A stretch of DNA of 64,000 nucleotides from Succinivibrio sp. (GTDB lineage: Bacteria > Pseudomonadota > Gammaproteobacteria > Enterobacterales > Succinivibrionaceae). The notes beneath the pieces were generated by a model. That model was given only the letters and a program-made list of their open reading frames with translations. It was not told where the DNA came from and searched no databases. Positions 10,590 through 20,585 of this stretch are shown piece by piece. Both the position numbers and the translations under genes were made by a program. The stretch lies in the NCBI GenBank assembly GCA_051885305.1, contig JBJEWY010000071.1:5361-69360 (forward strand). The letters are read 5' to 3'. Position 1 is the stretch's first letter. Each line of letters begins with the position of its first letter.

Positions 10590-11960
10590 ATGCTGTTTTT
10601 TAATAAAAGTCTTCCTGGTGCTTTTTACTGCCATACCAGACTGCAGCAATTACCAACAATTCCCGTTGATTCTGGTTCATACAACATTCTTGAAACACCA
10701 AACCGTTGTCACCATAGAATCCTAGAACTTATTAAAAGCGCAAAAGAGAGAATCATGATGACTGCGCTTTATCTGCAGGATGATGAAACCGGCAGAGAAG
10801 TTTTAAATGCGCTGTATGAAGCCAAAGAGAAGAATCCAAAACTCTATGTGAGAGTTTACGTAGATTTCCATCGCGCTCAGCGAGGTCTTATCGGCAAAGG
10901 ACCATCACTAGGTAACAGTGAGCTTTACTATACAAAAGCCAAGAATGCAGAAACCCCTCCTGCCATTTATGGTGTTCCCGTAAAAAGACGAGAAATTTTT
11001 GGTGTAATGCATCTTAAGGGCTTCGTTTTTGACGACACCGTGTTATACACTGGAGCTAGCATCAACGATGTATACATGGGCGCAAATGGTCGCTACAGAC
11101 TTGATCGTTACCATGAAATCCATTCAAAGAAACTTGCAGATGCCATGTGCTTTTATACCAATGAAGCATTCCACAAGAATTTTGCCGTTCAGGATTTCTC
11201 TCAGGGTAAAGTAACCCCTGCAAAGGAAATGCGAGAGGAAATAAGAGAACTAAGGCGCCATCTGACCAAATCACAGTATTCTTTTGAGAACGAAAAAATT
11301 CAGAAGAATCAGATAGGTATTACTCCTATTGCAGGTTTAGGCAAAAAGGGAAACACCCTTAACAGGGATATTCTCTGGCTTTTAGGATCAGCAAGAGAAA
11401 AACTTTTTATCTGCACTCCTTATTTTAATCTGCCAAAGATGCTGTCTAAAGCCGTTGAGGACGCTCTGGCACGTGATGTCAGTGTCACTCTGATTGTGGG
11501 AGACAAAAGCGCTAATGATTTCTTTATCCGCGAGGGAGAAAAATTCTCTCCTGTGGGTGCTGTTCCATATATCTATGAACAGAATCTTCGGGATTTTGTG
11601 GAAAGAAACCAGAGTTATATCGACAGCGGCAATCTGAAAATCCATCTATGGAAGGATGGAGACAATACCTACCATGTCAAAGGTATGTATGTGGACAATG
11701 ACTTTGCCCTGATGACCGGTAACAATCTGAATCCGAGAGCCTGGAGTCTTGATCTTGAAAATGGACTTATCATTTCAGATCCATACCATCATCTTCAGGA
11801 AAAATTCTCTCACGAGCAGCAGTATCTCTTAAAACAGACCAGTCTCATCAAGTCAGTTAACGATCTTGACTGCTTTGAAAATTACCCAGAGGAAGTTCAG
11901 AAACTGCTGAAGAAAGTAAGACGTCTAAGAGCCTCTATTTTTATCAAGCAGCTTTTATAG
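10590..11960 (+). CDS. pssA: CDP-diacylglycerol--serine O-phosphatidyltransferase (PLD family)
   Basis: ALYLQDDE, DFHRAQRGLIG, two HKD-type motifs (HLKGFVFD, HVKGMYVD), NPRAWSLDLENG. Confidence 0.93.
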   Translation: MLFFNKSLPGAFYCHTRLQQLPTIPVDSGSYNILETPNRCHHRILELIKSAKERIMMTALYLQDDETGREVLNALYEAKEKNPKLYVRVYVDFHRAQRGLIGKGPSLGNSELYYTKAKNAETPPAIYGVPVKRREIFGVMHLKGFVFDDTVLYTGASINDVYMGANGRYRLDRYHEIHSKKLADAMCFYTNEAFHKNFAVQDFSQGKVTPAKEMREEIRELRRHLTKSQYSFENEKIQKNQIGITPIAGLGKKGNTLNRDILWLLGSAREKLFICTPYFNLPKMLSKAVEDALARDVSVTLIVGDKSANDFFIREGEKFSPVGAVPYIYEQNLRDFVERNQSYIDSGNLKIHLWKDGDNTYHVKGMYVDNDFALMTGNNLNPRAWSLDLENGLIISDPYHHLQEKFSHEQQYLLKQTSLIKSVNDLDCFENYPEEVQKLLKKVRRLRASIFIKQLL

Positions 11961-11969
11961 CAAGGTACT

Positions 11970-14063
11970 ATGGAAAATACGCCAGATGAAGTCTACTGTT
12001 CAACTGACATCAAGACCATAAAAGGTCTTGGTGGTATCTATGCTGATGCGTTTTATCAAAAAGGGATAAACTCCCTTTTTGATCTGATGTTGTATTTTCC
12101 ATACCGCTATCTTGATAAAACAAAACTAACAGCTATTGCTGATTTAAAAACCGACGGAAACTTTGCCCTTATTGATGGAGTTATCATCAACAGGAGATTC
12201 AATCAGACCTCAAAAGTCAGGATTTTGAATATCACCATTGAAGATGCCACAGGAAGGGTTGAGGCAGTATTGTTCAATCTGTACCAAAATCAGATTCAAC
12301 AGTATCAGACAGGAAGAAGAATTCTGGCATTCGGGCCTGTAAAAGCATCACCATACAGCATGCTTCCGTCAATGACTCAGCCTGTTGTAACCTTTTTGAA
12401 TGAAAGCGAGGCAGTTGAACTTTCTGACAAAATGACACCTGTATATCATGCTGCAGGAAAAAACCCTCAGAAAATTATCGCAAAAACCTGCTCTACAGTA
12501 TTGGACAGACTTAAAATCACCCCGCTTGCAGAATATCTGCCAAATGATTTAAATCCATTTGGAAAAACCATAACTGAAGCTATTTTAGATATTCACACGC
12601 CTCTACCTCCAAAAGAAGCCGGGCAGAAGATTATTCCTGAGAAATTAACCAGCTTTAAAAGAGTATGCTTTGAGGAGCTCATAGCCTATCAGCTGACGCT
12701 TCTGTGTCTTAAAAGGAAAAATGACAGACATTTAAGCTTTATAGTTAGTCCAAATACTGAAGTTCTTGGTAACTTCATAGAAAAACTTCCTTTTGAACTT
12801 ACCTCTGCCCAGAAAAAGGCCTTTAATGAAATAAGTGCAGATTTAAATCAGCAAAAACCAATGCTCAGACTTCTTCAGGGTGATGTTGGCTCAGGAAAAA
12901 CCATGATTGCCGTACTGTCATGCCTGCAGACAGCCCTTGATGGTTATCAGAGCGTTCTTTTGGCGCCAACAGAATTACTCTGTGTTCAGCACTTCAAGAA
13001 ATTTGAAGAGTTTGTGGCAGATCTGAACATTAAATGTGTACTTTTAACCTCTCAGATAAAAGGGAAAAAAAGAGAGGAAACACTTGCAAAAATAGCATCA
13101 GGAGAAGCTCAGATCATTATCGGAACCCACGCGGTTTTCCAATCTGAAGTTAAATACCACTCTCTTGCCCTTGCCATAATTGATGAGCAGCATCGTTTTG
13201 GTATTGAACAGCGTCAGTTACTCCTTGCAAAGGCACCTGAAGGCATGACACTGCATCAGCTTGCTATGACCGCAACCCCTATCCCTAGAACTTTGCAGCT
13301 TGCTTTATTCTCTGATCTTGATGTATCAACCCTGAATGAACTGCCAAAGGGTAGAAAACCTATCACAACCACAGTCATGAGCGACAGCAGTGCCTATAAA
13401 ATCGTTGCCCGCCTAAATGAGGTATGCAGAAACGGAATTCAGGCATACTGGGTCTGTCCAAGTATCGATGAGGGAGATGGTGCTCAGGCTGCAGTTACGA
13501 CCCGCTACAAAGAGCTTAAAAAGGCGCTTCCTGATATATCCATAGGACTTTTACATGGTCAGTTGAAATCTGATGAAAAAAATCTGGTTATGAAAAAGTT
13601 TTTAGAGGGAAAGTATCAGATTCTAGTTGCAACAACCATCATAGAAGTTGGTGTTGACGTACCGAATGCCTCAATCATGGTAATTGAAAGTGCTGACTCC
13701 TTTGGACTTTCACAGCTTCACCAGCTCAGGGGCCGTGTGGGAAGAGGACAGAAGGATTCCTACTGCGTACTTTTGCACAAAAATGCCGATGACGAAGATC
13801 ATAAAATAGCCATGCAGAGACTTATGATCCTCAAATCAACCAACGACGGATTTAAAATAGCAACAGAGGACTTAAAACTCAGAGGTCCTGGTGAAGTTTT
13901 AGGAGAAAAACAGAGCGGATTTGATATCTTTACAGTGGTAGATGTCAATCGTGACTTTGAACTTATTGAAGAGTGCAGAAATGTTGCACTAAAGCTTTTA
14001 AACAGTGATCAGCAGGCTGTGAAAGCTCTTGTTAAAAGATGGTTTCCAAAGTTTAAAATTTAG
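11970..14063 (+). CDS. recG: ATP-dependent DNA helicase RecG
   Basis: RLLQGDVGSGKT, DEQHRFG, MTATPIPRTL, QLHQLRGRVGRG, DLKLRGPGE. Confidence 0.96.
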   Translation: MENTPDEVYCSTDIKTIKGLGGIYADAFYQKGINSLFDLMLYFPYRYLDKTKLTAIADLKTDGNFALIDGVIINRRFNQTSKVRILNITIEDATGRVEAVLFNLYQNQIQQYQTGRRILAFGPVKASPYSMLPSMTQPVVTFLNESEAVELSDKMTPVYHAAGKNPQKIIAKTCSTVLDRLKITPLAEYLPNDLNPFGKTITEAILDIHTPLPPKEAGQKIIPEKLTSFKRVCFEELIAYQLTLLCLKRKNDRHLSFIVSPNTEVLGNFIEKLPFELTSAQKKAFNEISADLNQQKPMLRLLQGDVGSGKTMIAVLSCLQTALDGYQSVLLAPTELLCVQHFKKFEEFVADLNIKCVLLTSQIKGKKREETLAKIASGEAQIIIGTHAVFQSEVKYHSLALAIIDEQHRFGIEQRQLLLAKAPEGMTLHQLAMTATPIPRTLQLALFSDLDVSTLNELPKGRKPITTTVMSDSSAYKIVARLNEVCRNGIQAYWVCPSIDEGDGAQAAVTTRYKELKKALPDISIGLLHGQLKSDEKNLVMKKFLEGKYQILVATTIIEVGVDVPNASIMVIESADSFGLSQLHQLRGRVGRGQKDSYCVLLHKNADDEDHKIAMQRLMILKSTNDGFKIATEDLKLRGPGEVLGEKQSGFDIFTVVDVNRDFELIEECRNVALKLLNSDQQAVKALVKRWFPKFKI

Positions 14064-14071
14064 AGAAAACA

Positions 14072-16291
14072 ATGGCATTCAGAGCAATTCGTAATAAAAA
14101 TAGAGCGAACAGTAAACTGCGGTTATGGGGTAAGCTTGCTGCGCTGTTTCTTATAGCTGTTACAGCTGTTGCCATTGTTTTTATCCTGTACTTTAACGGA
14201 CAGAATGTAAAAGCTCCGCTTGTAAATTACCTTAGCAGCAGAACAGGATTTACTATTAGCATTGAAAAAGTAGAGTTCTCTCCTCTCTATCCTGATGTAA
14301 TCAAACTTAATGGAATTACCATAGGCTCTACTAAGATAAAAGAACTATATGCTGAATATGATCTGAAATCCATTCTTAGCTCTGACACTTTAAAACTTGA
14401 TTACCTGTACCTCAAAGAGCTGGTTTTAAATGAAAATGACGCCCAAAAGCTCAGAGATGAACGTTTTAAATTCAACAGTATCAGCATTGATAAACTTGAT
14501 GTCTGTGACAGCACAGTATCAATAGACAGTTTCAAAGCAAAGCCTGCCACCTTAAGCTGCCGTGAAGCCAAAATTGACAATAATGGTGAATTCACCTTTA
14601 AAGAGGGCAAACTTACAGCAAAAAACGGATACATAGATGATTTTGAGCTAAAGGATCTGTCAACAGAAATTGTTTATGAAGCAGACAGCATAAGACTAAA
14701 AAACCTCCATGCCAGTGTTCTTGGAGGATATATCGCTGCCGAAGCAAAAATAGAACCTCAGAACAGAATAATTGATTTTGATAAGCTTAGTTTAAACAAA
14801 CTTATTCTAATTGATCCCCTAAAATACACTGATGATATTACCATCAGCATAAAAAACGCCTCAGCTCAGAGTCTTGTAGTAGCTCTTCCAAAACAGGATC
14901 TGCTCATAGGACAGATCACAGGAAAACTCAGTAACTTTTATGCTCATAACAGTGATGTTTCTTTTGAATTTATTGGAAAGGCAGGAGAAATCTCAAGTCC
15001 AACACTGCAACTCACCCTTGATAATTCGTCCATTAAAACAACACTTGAAAATCAGATACTTCATTCAAGCGTAAAAGGAAATATCTTTAACGGTGTGCTT
15101 GAAAGTGACTTCAGCTACGATTTCTCCAAAGACAAACAGCTTGATATCCAGAAAATTGGATTTGAAGGTGGAAGACTTGAGATAAAAGAAGATCTCCTTT
15201 TGGGGCTTTATACAAGATTAAAAGAACTAAACTGTAAAATCAGTCTTCTTGAAATAGACAATTCTGAAGTGGTATCCCACATTGATTCATTTCCAATATC
15301 TGTAAAATCAGCTAGTGGCAGTGCAACCTCACTTAACTTTTCAAACGAAAATGATTCATCATTCTTTAGCGGTTCAAAAATTTCGTTGAAAACAGATTCT
15401 GCCTATTTCTCAGATCTCTTCATAAAAAATCTTGAACTGAACCTTGCGCTAAATGAAGGGGGATTCGAGCTTAAAGTTCCAAATCTTACCTTTATGCAGT
15501 CTTCTTTAAGCTTTGAGCTTAATCGAGATTATAAAAACAACTTACTGACATTTAAAACGGCAACTGAAGACTTTAATCTTGCAGAGCTTAACAGTGGACT
15601 TATCCCAAGACTTGTCGGAGGAAAATTAACCTTCAGTGCCGACATTAAAACCGCACCAAAGTCTCCTGTTCTTGACAGCAATGATCCGCCTTTGCAGAGT
15701 GGAATCACAAGAGAGTACCTTGATAGGATCTCCCTTTTAACAAGACTTAAAGGCGGGGCAGACATTAAAAGCAAATCTGTTGTTGTTTCAAATTTTGGAC
15801 TTGATCTGTTAAACGGTGGTCCTAAAAAAGACTATACCTTTAGCTTTTCTGATCTGGCATCAGCAATCTACAGCAGTGATCTAGGTCTTTATGATTTGAA
15901 TACTAAAATAAGCTTTGATAATGGCTCAGTCAGTCTCAAAGGCAGCTCTGATCTTACAACCTCTCATATTACGCTCAGGGGAACTGTTGATCTTCTGGAT
16001 CTTGAAAACAGGATCAAGGCGACACTTGTGTCCATGCCAAAAGACAGTATTACCTCTGTTATCCTGTCTGGAAAAATTTCATCCCCAACCATCTTTATAA
16101 CTGCTCTGACAAGAGGAATGGAGAGACCTGGTATTGAAGATCCTGAAGGGCAAAAAGAGGATAAAAAAGAAGAAAGTACTAATGAAGATGTGGCAACAGC
16201 AGATGACATCAAAAACAAAATTGACGCACTAAAAACTGTTGCCCCTGGTACTACAGTACTTGATGAATCAGGTAATACACCAAAAGAATGA
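14072..16291 (+). CDS. AsmA-like (YicH-type) periplasm-spanning protein
   Basis: Single N-terminal TM anchor followed by a long beta-rich repetitive region; lies after recG, where AsmA-family genes are common. Confidence 0.55.
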   Translation: MAFRAIRNKNRANSKLRLWGKLAALFLIAVTAVAIVFILYFNGQNVKAPLVNYLSSRTGFTISIEKVEFSPLYPDVIKLNGITIGSTKIKELYAEYDLKSILSSDTLKLDYLYLKELVLNENDAQKLRDERFKFNSISIDKLDVCDSTVSIDSFKAKPATLSCREAKIDNNGEFTFKEGKLTAKNGYIDDFELKDLSTEIVYEADSIRLKNLHASVLGGYIAAEAKIEPQNRIIDFDKLSLNKLILIDPLKYTDDITISIKNASAQSLVVALPKQDLLIGQITGKLSNFYAHNSDVSFEFIGKAGEISSPTLQLTLDNSSIKTTLENQILHSSVKGNIFNGVLESDFSYDFSKDKQLDIQKIGFEGGRLEIKEDLLLGLYTRLKELNCKISLLEIDNSEVVSHIDSFPISVKSASGSATSLNFSNENDSSFFSGSKISLKTDSAYFSDLFIKNLELNLALNEGGFELKVPNLTFMQSSLSFELNRDYKNNLLTFKTATEDFNLAELNSGLIPRLVGGKLTFSADIKTAPKSPVLDSNDPPLQSGITREYLDRISLLTRLKGGADIKSKSVVVSNFGLDLLNGGPKKDYTFSFSDLASAIYSSDLGLYDLNTKISFDNGSVSLKGSSDLTTSHITLRGTVDLLDLENRIKATLVSMPKDSITSVILSGKISSPTIFITALTRGMERPGIEDPEGQKEDKKEESTNEDVATADDIKNKIDALKTVAPGTTVLDESGNTPKE

Positions 16292-17212
16292 TTACTGCCT
16301 TGATGACACCTTTATGCTGATATTTGCTTTTTTACGATTGCCAACAATGCCGTCAGAACCTAATGTTGAACCAGTTACATTTGCAAGGTACACCATAAAA
16401 TCAGGCACTTCATCAGACATTCCGGAGCGAACAATGCCTAAAGTAGCTGTAAATTCAGCTCCTATAAGCACAATCCACCAGCTGATGTAAATCCAGATAA
16501 ACAGTACAGGAATTACTGCAATAGCACCATAAATTGCTTCATAATTTGAAAAGTTGAGAACAAATACACTAAAAAGCTTCTTTGATACCTCAAAAGCAAC
16601 TGTAACTAAAACAGCACCTAAAAGAGCATCCTGCATACGCACTCTGACTCTTGGAACAATTACGTAAAGAGCAGTCAAAACAGCACATTCAATAATGATT
16701 GGGAATATAAAGTATGCCATCATCAAAGGAAGAGCTATAGTTGAACCTGTTGACATAGCATAGGCCATCACTTTGGTAAAGATCCAGATAACCACACCAA
16801 GGGCAATCGGACCTAAAGTTAAAAGGGTCCAGTAAATTGCAATCATGGTTCCAAGTTTTCTTTTACCACCGCGCCAGATTCTGTTGAGGCACTGATCTAT
16901 TGAGCGAACAAGCAAAAGAGAAATAACAAAGAATACAGCTGTACTTGTGGCTGTCAGCTTACCTGCATGTTCAACAAATGTGCCGACGTACTTTCCTAAA
17001 GAATCAGCAAATACCGGCATGAAATTAGCCTGAGCAAAATTCTTCAGAGACTCTCTGAAATCCTCAAATGACGGAAATACAGCAAAGAAATAAAAAATAA
17101 CTGTTATCGCAGGAATTAAAGCAAGAATAGAAGTAAAAGAAAGAGCAGAAGCCTCAAGACCAATTGAATCTCTTCTGACGCGGTTAAAAAAATACAGATA
17201 CAGTTCTTTCAC
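16292..17212 (-). CDS. yihY: YihY/BrkB family inner membrane protein
   Basis: ASALSFTSILALIP, LNRIW, YWTLLTLGP, YEAIYGAIA.IP..WIYISW.IVLIGAE. Confidence 0.88.
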   Translation of the reverse strand: MKELYLYFFNRVRRDSIGLEASALSFTSILALIPAITVIFYFFAVFPSFEDFRESLKNFAQANFMPVFADSLGKYVGTFVEHAGKLTATSTAVFFVISLLLVRSIDQCLNRIWRGGKRKLGTMIAIYWTLLTLGPIALGVVIWIFTKVMAYAMSTGSTIALPLMMAYFIFPIIIECAVLTALYVIVPRVRVRMQDALLGAVLVTVAFEVSKKLFSVFVLNFSNYEAIYGAIAVIPVLFIWIYISWWIVLIGAEFTATLGIVRSGMSDEVPDFMVYLANVTGSTLGSDGIVGNRKKANISIKVSSRQ

Positions 17213-17435
17213 TTTATATTCCTTAAGTTATATTGATGCCTTGTTTATTATCATATCTTCAATTATATCTTTTCTTTTGGAGAAAAAGCCCGATACTAGC
17301 CGTACTAACATGGCATTTTCAACTTTTTTCATTTCTTTTTGTGTAAAAAATGTTAGTTACATCAAAAATAGGATAAAATAGCGCAGCACTTTTTTATCGC
17401 AAACTCACTTCGAGTAATTTCACAGGTTAGTAAAG

Positions 17436-19274
17436 ATGGATGTTCAGAAGATCCGCAACATCGCTATTATTGCACATGTTGACCACGGCAAAACTACATT
17501 AGTAGACAAGTTACTCCGTCAGTCAGGCACTCTTGACCGTAATGAACTAGGTCAGGAACGCGTGATGGACTCAAATGACATTGAAAAAGAGCGCGGTATT
17601 ACCATTCTTTCAAAGAATACCGCTATTAACTGGAATGGATACCGTATTAACATCGTAGACACCCCAGGTCACGCTGACTTCGGTGGTGAGGTAGAACGAG
17701 TTATGTCCATGGTTGATTCCGTACTTCTGCTCGTTGATGCAGTTGATGGTCCTATGCCACAGACTCGTTTCGTTACCCAGAAAGCTTTCGCAGCTGGTCT
17801 AAAGCCAATTGTTGTTATCAACAAGTGCGACCGTGAAGGTGCACGTCCTGACTGGGTTATTGATCAGGTATTTGATCTGTTTGATAACTTAGGCGCAACT
17901 GACGAGCAGCTAGACTTCCCTGTTGTTTACGCATCAGCCTTCCAAGGTTGGGCAACCATGGATCTGAGCAGCCATGGCGATACCATGGAACCTCTGTTCC
18001 AGACCATCGTTGACAGAGTAAGCCCACCAGATGCTGACTTAAATGGTCCATTCCAGATGCAGATTTCATCACTTGATTACACCTCATATGTTGGTGTTAT
18101 CGGTGTAGGTCGTGTCAAACGCGGTGTAGCTCAGGCAAATTCTCCAGTAACCATCATCGATCGTGATGGTAACACCCGTACCGGAAAGGTTGGTCAGGTA
18201 TTAGGTTACTTAGGTCTCCACCGTACCAATGTTGACAGAGCAGAAGCTGGTGACATTATTGCAATCACAGGTTTAGGCGAGCTCAAGATCTCAGATACCA
18301 TCTGTGATAACTCAAAAGTTGAGGCTCTTCCAGCCTTAACAGTTGATGAGCCAACTGTTTCCATGAATTTCTGTGTTAACACCTCTCCATTTGCAGGTCG
18401 TGAAGGTAAGTTCATTACTTCAAGAAATCTTGAGGAAAGACTTCGTGAAGAACTCGTTCACAACGTTGCTCTGCGTGTTGAAAAAACAGATGATACCGAT
18501 CGTTTCAAGGTATCAGGCCGTGGTGAGCTCCACCTGTCAGTTCTGATTGAGGAAATGCGACGCGAAGGCTATGAAATGGCTGTATCACGTCCTGAGGTTA
18601 TCCTTCACAAAGTTGACGGCAAGACCTTAGAACCATATGAGGTTATGACTCTTGATCTTCAGGAAAACCATCAGGGTCCAGTAATGGAAGAGCTTGGCCT
18701 TAGAAAGGGTGAACTTAAGAACATGGTTCCAGATGGAAAGGGCCGTGTACGTCTTGATTACAGAATTCCTGCCCGTGGCCTTATCGGTTTCCAGTCACTG
18801 TTCATGACTTTAACTTCAGGTACTGGTCTCATGTACCATTCATTTGACAGCTATGATGAATATGTAGGTGGCAGTATCGGTCAGAGACAGAATGGCGTAC
18901 TGATTTCAAACGATACCGGCAAGACTGTTCCATATGCTCTGTGGTTCTTACAGGAGCGTGGTCGCCTGTTTGTTGACCCAGGTGAGGAAGTTTACGAGGG
19001 TGAGGTTATCGGTCTGCATGTTCGTTCAAACGATCTGACTGTTAACCCGCTGAAGACCAAGAAACTCACCAACGTTCGTGCTGCAGGCTCAGATGATAAC
19101 ATCATCCTGACTCCTGCCGTTCATATGAGTCTTGAACAGTCTTTAGAATTCATCAATGAAGATGAACTCGTGGAAGTAACTCCTAAGAGCCTGAGAATCC
19201 GTAAGAAGAACCTCTCAGAATTAGATCGTGTGCGTGCTTTCCGTGCAGCTGGCGGTAAGAAAGCTGACGAATAA
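17436..19274 (+). CDS. typA: Translational GTPase TypA/BipA
   Basis: [44 protein letters not shown]. Confidence 0.97.
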   Translation: MDVQKIRNIAIIAHVDHGKTTLVDKLLRQSGTLDRNELGQERVMDSNDIEKERGITILSKNTAINWNGYRINIVDTPGHADFGGEVERVMSMVDSVLLLVDAVDGPMPQTRFVTQKAFAAGLKPIVVINKCDREGARPDWVIDQVFDLFDNLGATDEQLDFPVVYASAFQGWATMDLSSHGDTMEPLFQTIVDRVSPPDADLNGPFQMQISSLDYTSYVGVIGVGRVKRGVAQANSPVTIIDRDGNTRTGKVGQVLGYLGLHRTNVDRAEAGDIIAITGLGELKISDTICDNSKVEALPALTVDEPTVSMNFCVNTSPFAGREGKFITSRNLEERLREELVHNVALRVEKTDDTDRFKVSGRGELHLSVLIEEMRREGYEMAVSRPEVILHKVDGKTLEPYEVMTLDLQENHQGPVMEELGLRKGELKNMVPDGKGRVRLDYRIPARGLIGFQSLFMTLTSGTGLMYHSFDSYDEYVGGSIGQRQNGVLISNDTGKTVPYALWFLQERGRLFVDPGEEVYEGEVIGLHVRSNDLTVNPLKTKKLTNVRAAGSDDNIILTPAVHMSLEQSLEFINEDELVEVTPKSLRIRKKNLSELDRVRAFRAAGGKKADE

Positions 19275-19293
19275 GCGCACATAATTTGTGCTT

Positions 19294-19329
19294 AAAAAAA
19301 GCCTGTATTCTGATAATACAGGCTTTTTT
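19294..19329 (+). terminator. Intrinsic terminator after typA
   Basis: aaaaaagcctgtatt/aatacaggctttttt hairpin with U-tract. Confidence 0.85.
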
Positions 19330-19387
19330 ATTGCCGTTTTTATGATATCCATATGATTTATAAGTTCTTTCCATACTGAACCATAAT

Positions 19388-19422
19388 TGCACCATTTTAT
19401 AACAATGCACTATTTTTGTGCT
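19388..19422. promoter_or_regulatory. NtrC-type binding site(s) upstream of glnL
   Basis: TGCAC-TATTTTT-GTGCT at 19406-19422 plus half-site TGCACCA at 19388-19394; consensus is TGCAC-N7-GTGCA. Confidence 0.65.
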
Positions 19423-19488
19423 AATTTTCAAAATTATGATAAAGTAATGGATAATTTAGACTATCAAACTAATCAAAATGGATCATAA

Positions 19489-20583
19489 ATGGCTTTTAAA
19501 GACAAGGACAGTATTCTTGAGAATCTGACCACAGCAGTTTTACTGACTGATAAGAATTTCAAGATACTATACGCTAATATGGCAGCAGAACAGTTGTGTG
19601 GCATGTCACGCAACAAGCTTGTCTTTTTAAAAGTCATTAACTTCATCGACAGAAGTGAAGAGACTCTTTTAAACACTATAAGTGAGACCGATTTCTCTGA
19701 CGGTTTTCAGGGTTTCTCTGCAGCAGGTGTTACCTTCAGCCCGATTCCTGGCAAACATGTAAAAGTTGATTTTGTTGTATTCCAGTACACAAACAAAGAT
19801 ATAAACGGACTTCTCGTTGAACTTCACCCTGTATCTCAGCAGGAAAAACTGATAAAGCAGACTATTCAGAATGATCAGTATATGGCTGCAAGAGATCTGA
19901 TTAGAAGCCTTGCTCATGAGATTAAAAATCCGCTAGGCGGAATCAGAGGAGCTGCTCAGTTAATTGAAATGACCTATGGTAATACCGTTGACGGCATAAA
20001 AGATTACACAAAGGTTATCATTGAGCAAACTGACAGATTAAAAAGTCTGGTAAACAGATTATTAGGTCCGCAGAAACCAAATCCACTGGTCTTAGTTAAT
20101 ATTCACTACATTATCGAAAAGGTAATGTCTTTAGTTTCCATGCAGGAAGACTTCAAGGGTATAAAAGTCGTAAGAGATTACGATCCCTCACTTCCAGAGC
20201 TGAGCCTTGATATGGATTCAGTAGAGCAGGTCATACTGAATATTGTAAATAATGCAGTTCAGGCATTAAAAGAAGCCAATACACCAGATCCAACTATTAC
20301 ATTAAAAACTAGGGCAAGTATCAGACCGATTATTCGTAAAAAGAAATATCCTACTGCACTGCAGCTTTCTATTTCCAATAACGGTCCTGAAATTCCAGAA
20401 CATATCAAGCAGACTGTTTTCTATCCGATGGTTACAACTAAAACCAACGGTAACGGTTTAGGGCTGTCTATTGCCCTGAACATAATTGAACGGCACCACG
20501 GTACTATTGAATGCACTAGTGATGCTCATGAAACCTCATTTAAAATTATCCTGCCATTAAAAAGCAGAACCCATGGAGATTAG
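19489..20583 (+). CDS. glnL: Nitrogen regulation sensor kinase NtrB
   Basis: N-terminal PAS-like region, H-box LAHEIKNPLGGIRGAAQL, RDYDPSLPE, FYPMV, GLGLSIA. Confidence 0.92.
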   Translation: MAFKDKDSILENLTTAVLLTDKNFKILYANMAAEQLCGMSRNKLVFLKVINFIDRSEETLLNTISETDFSDGFQGFSAAGVTFSPIPGKHVKVDFVVFQYTNKDINGLLVELHPVSQQEKLIKQTIQNDQYMAARDLIRSLAHEIKNPLGGIRGAAQLIEMTYGNTVDGIKDYTKVIIEQTDRLKSLVNRLLGPQKPNPLVLVNIHYIIEKVMSLVSMQEDFKGIKVVRDYDPSLPELSLDMDSVEQVILNIVNNAVQALKEANTPDPTITLKTRASIRPIIRKKKYPTALQLSISNNGPEIPEHIKQTVFYPMVTTKTNGNGLGLSIALNIIERHHGTIECTSDAHETSFKIILPLKSRTHGD

Positions 20584-20585
20584 CT

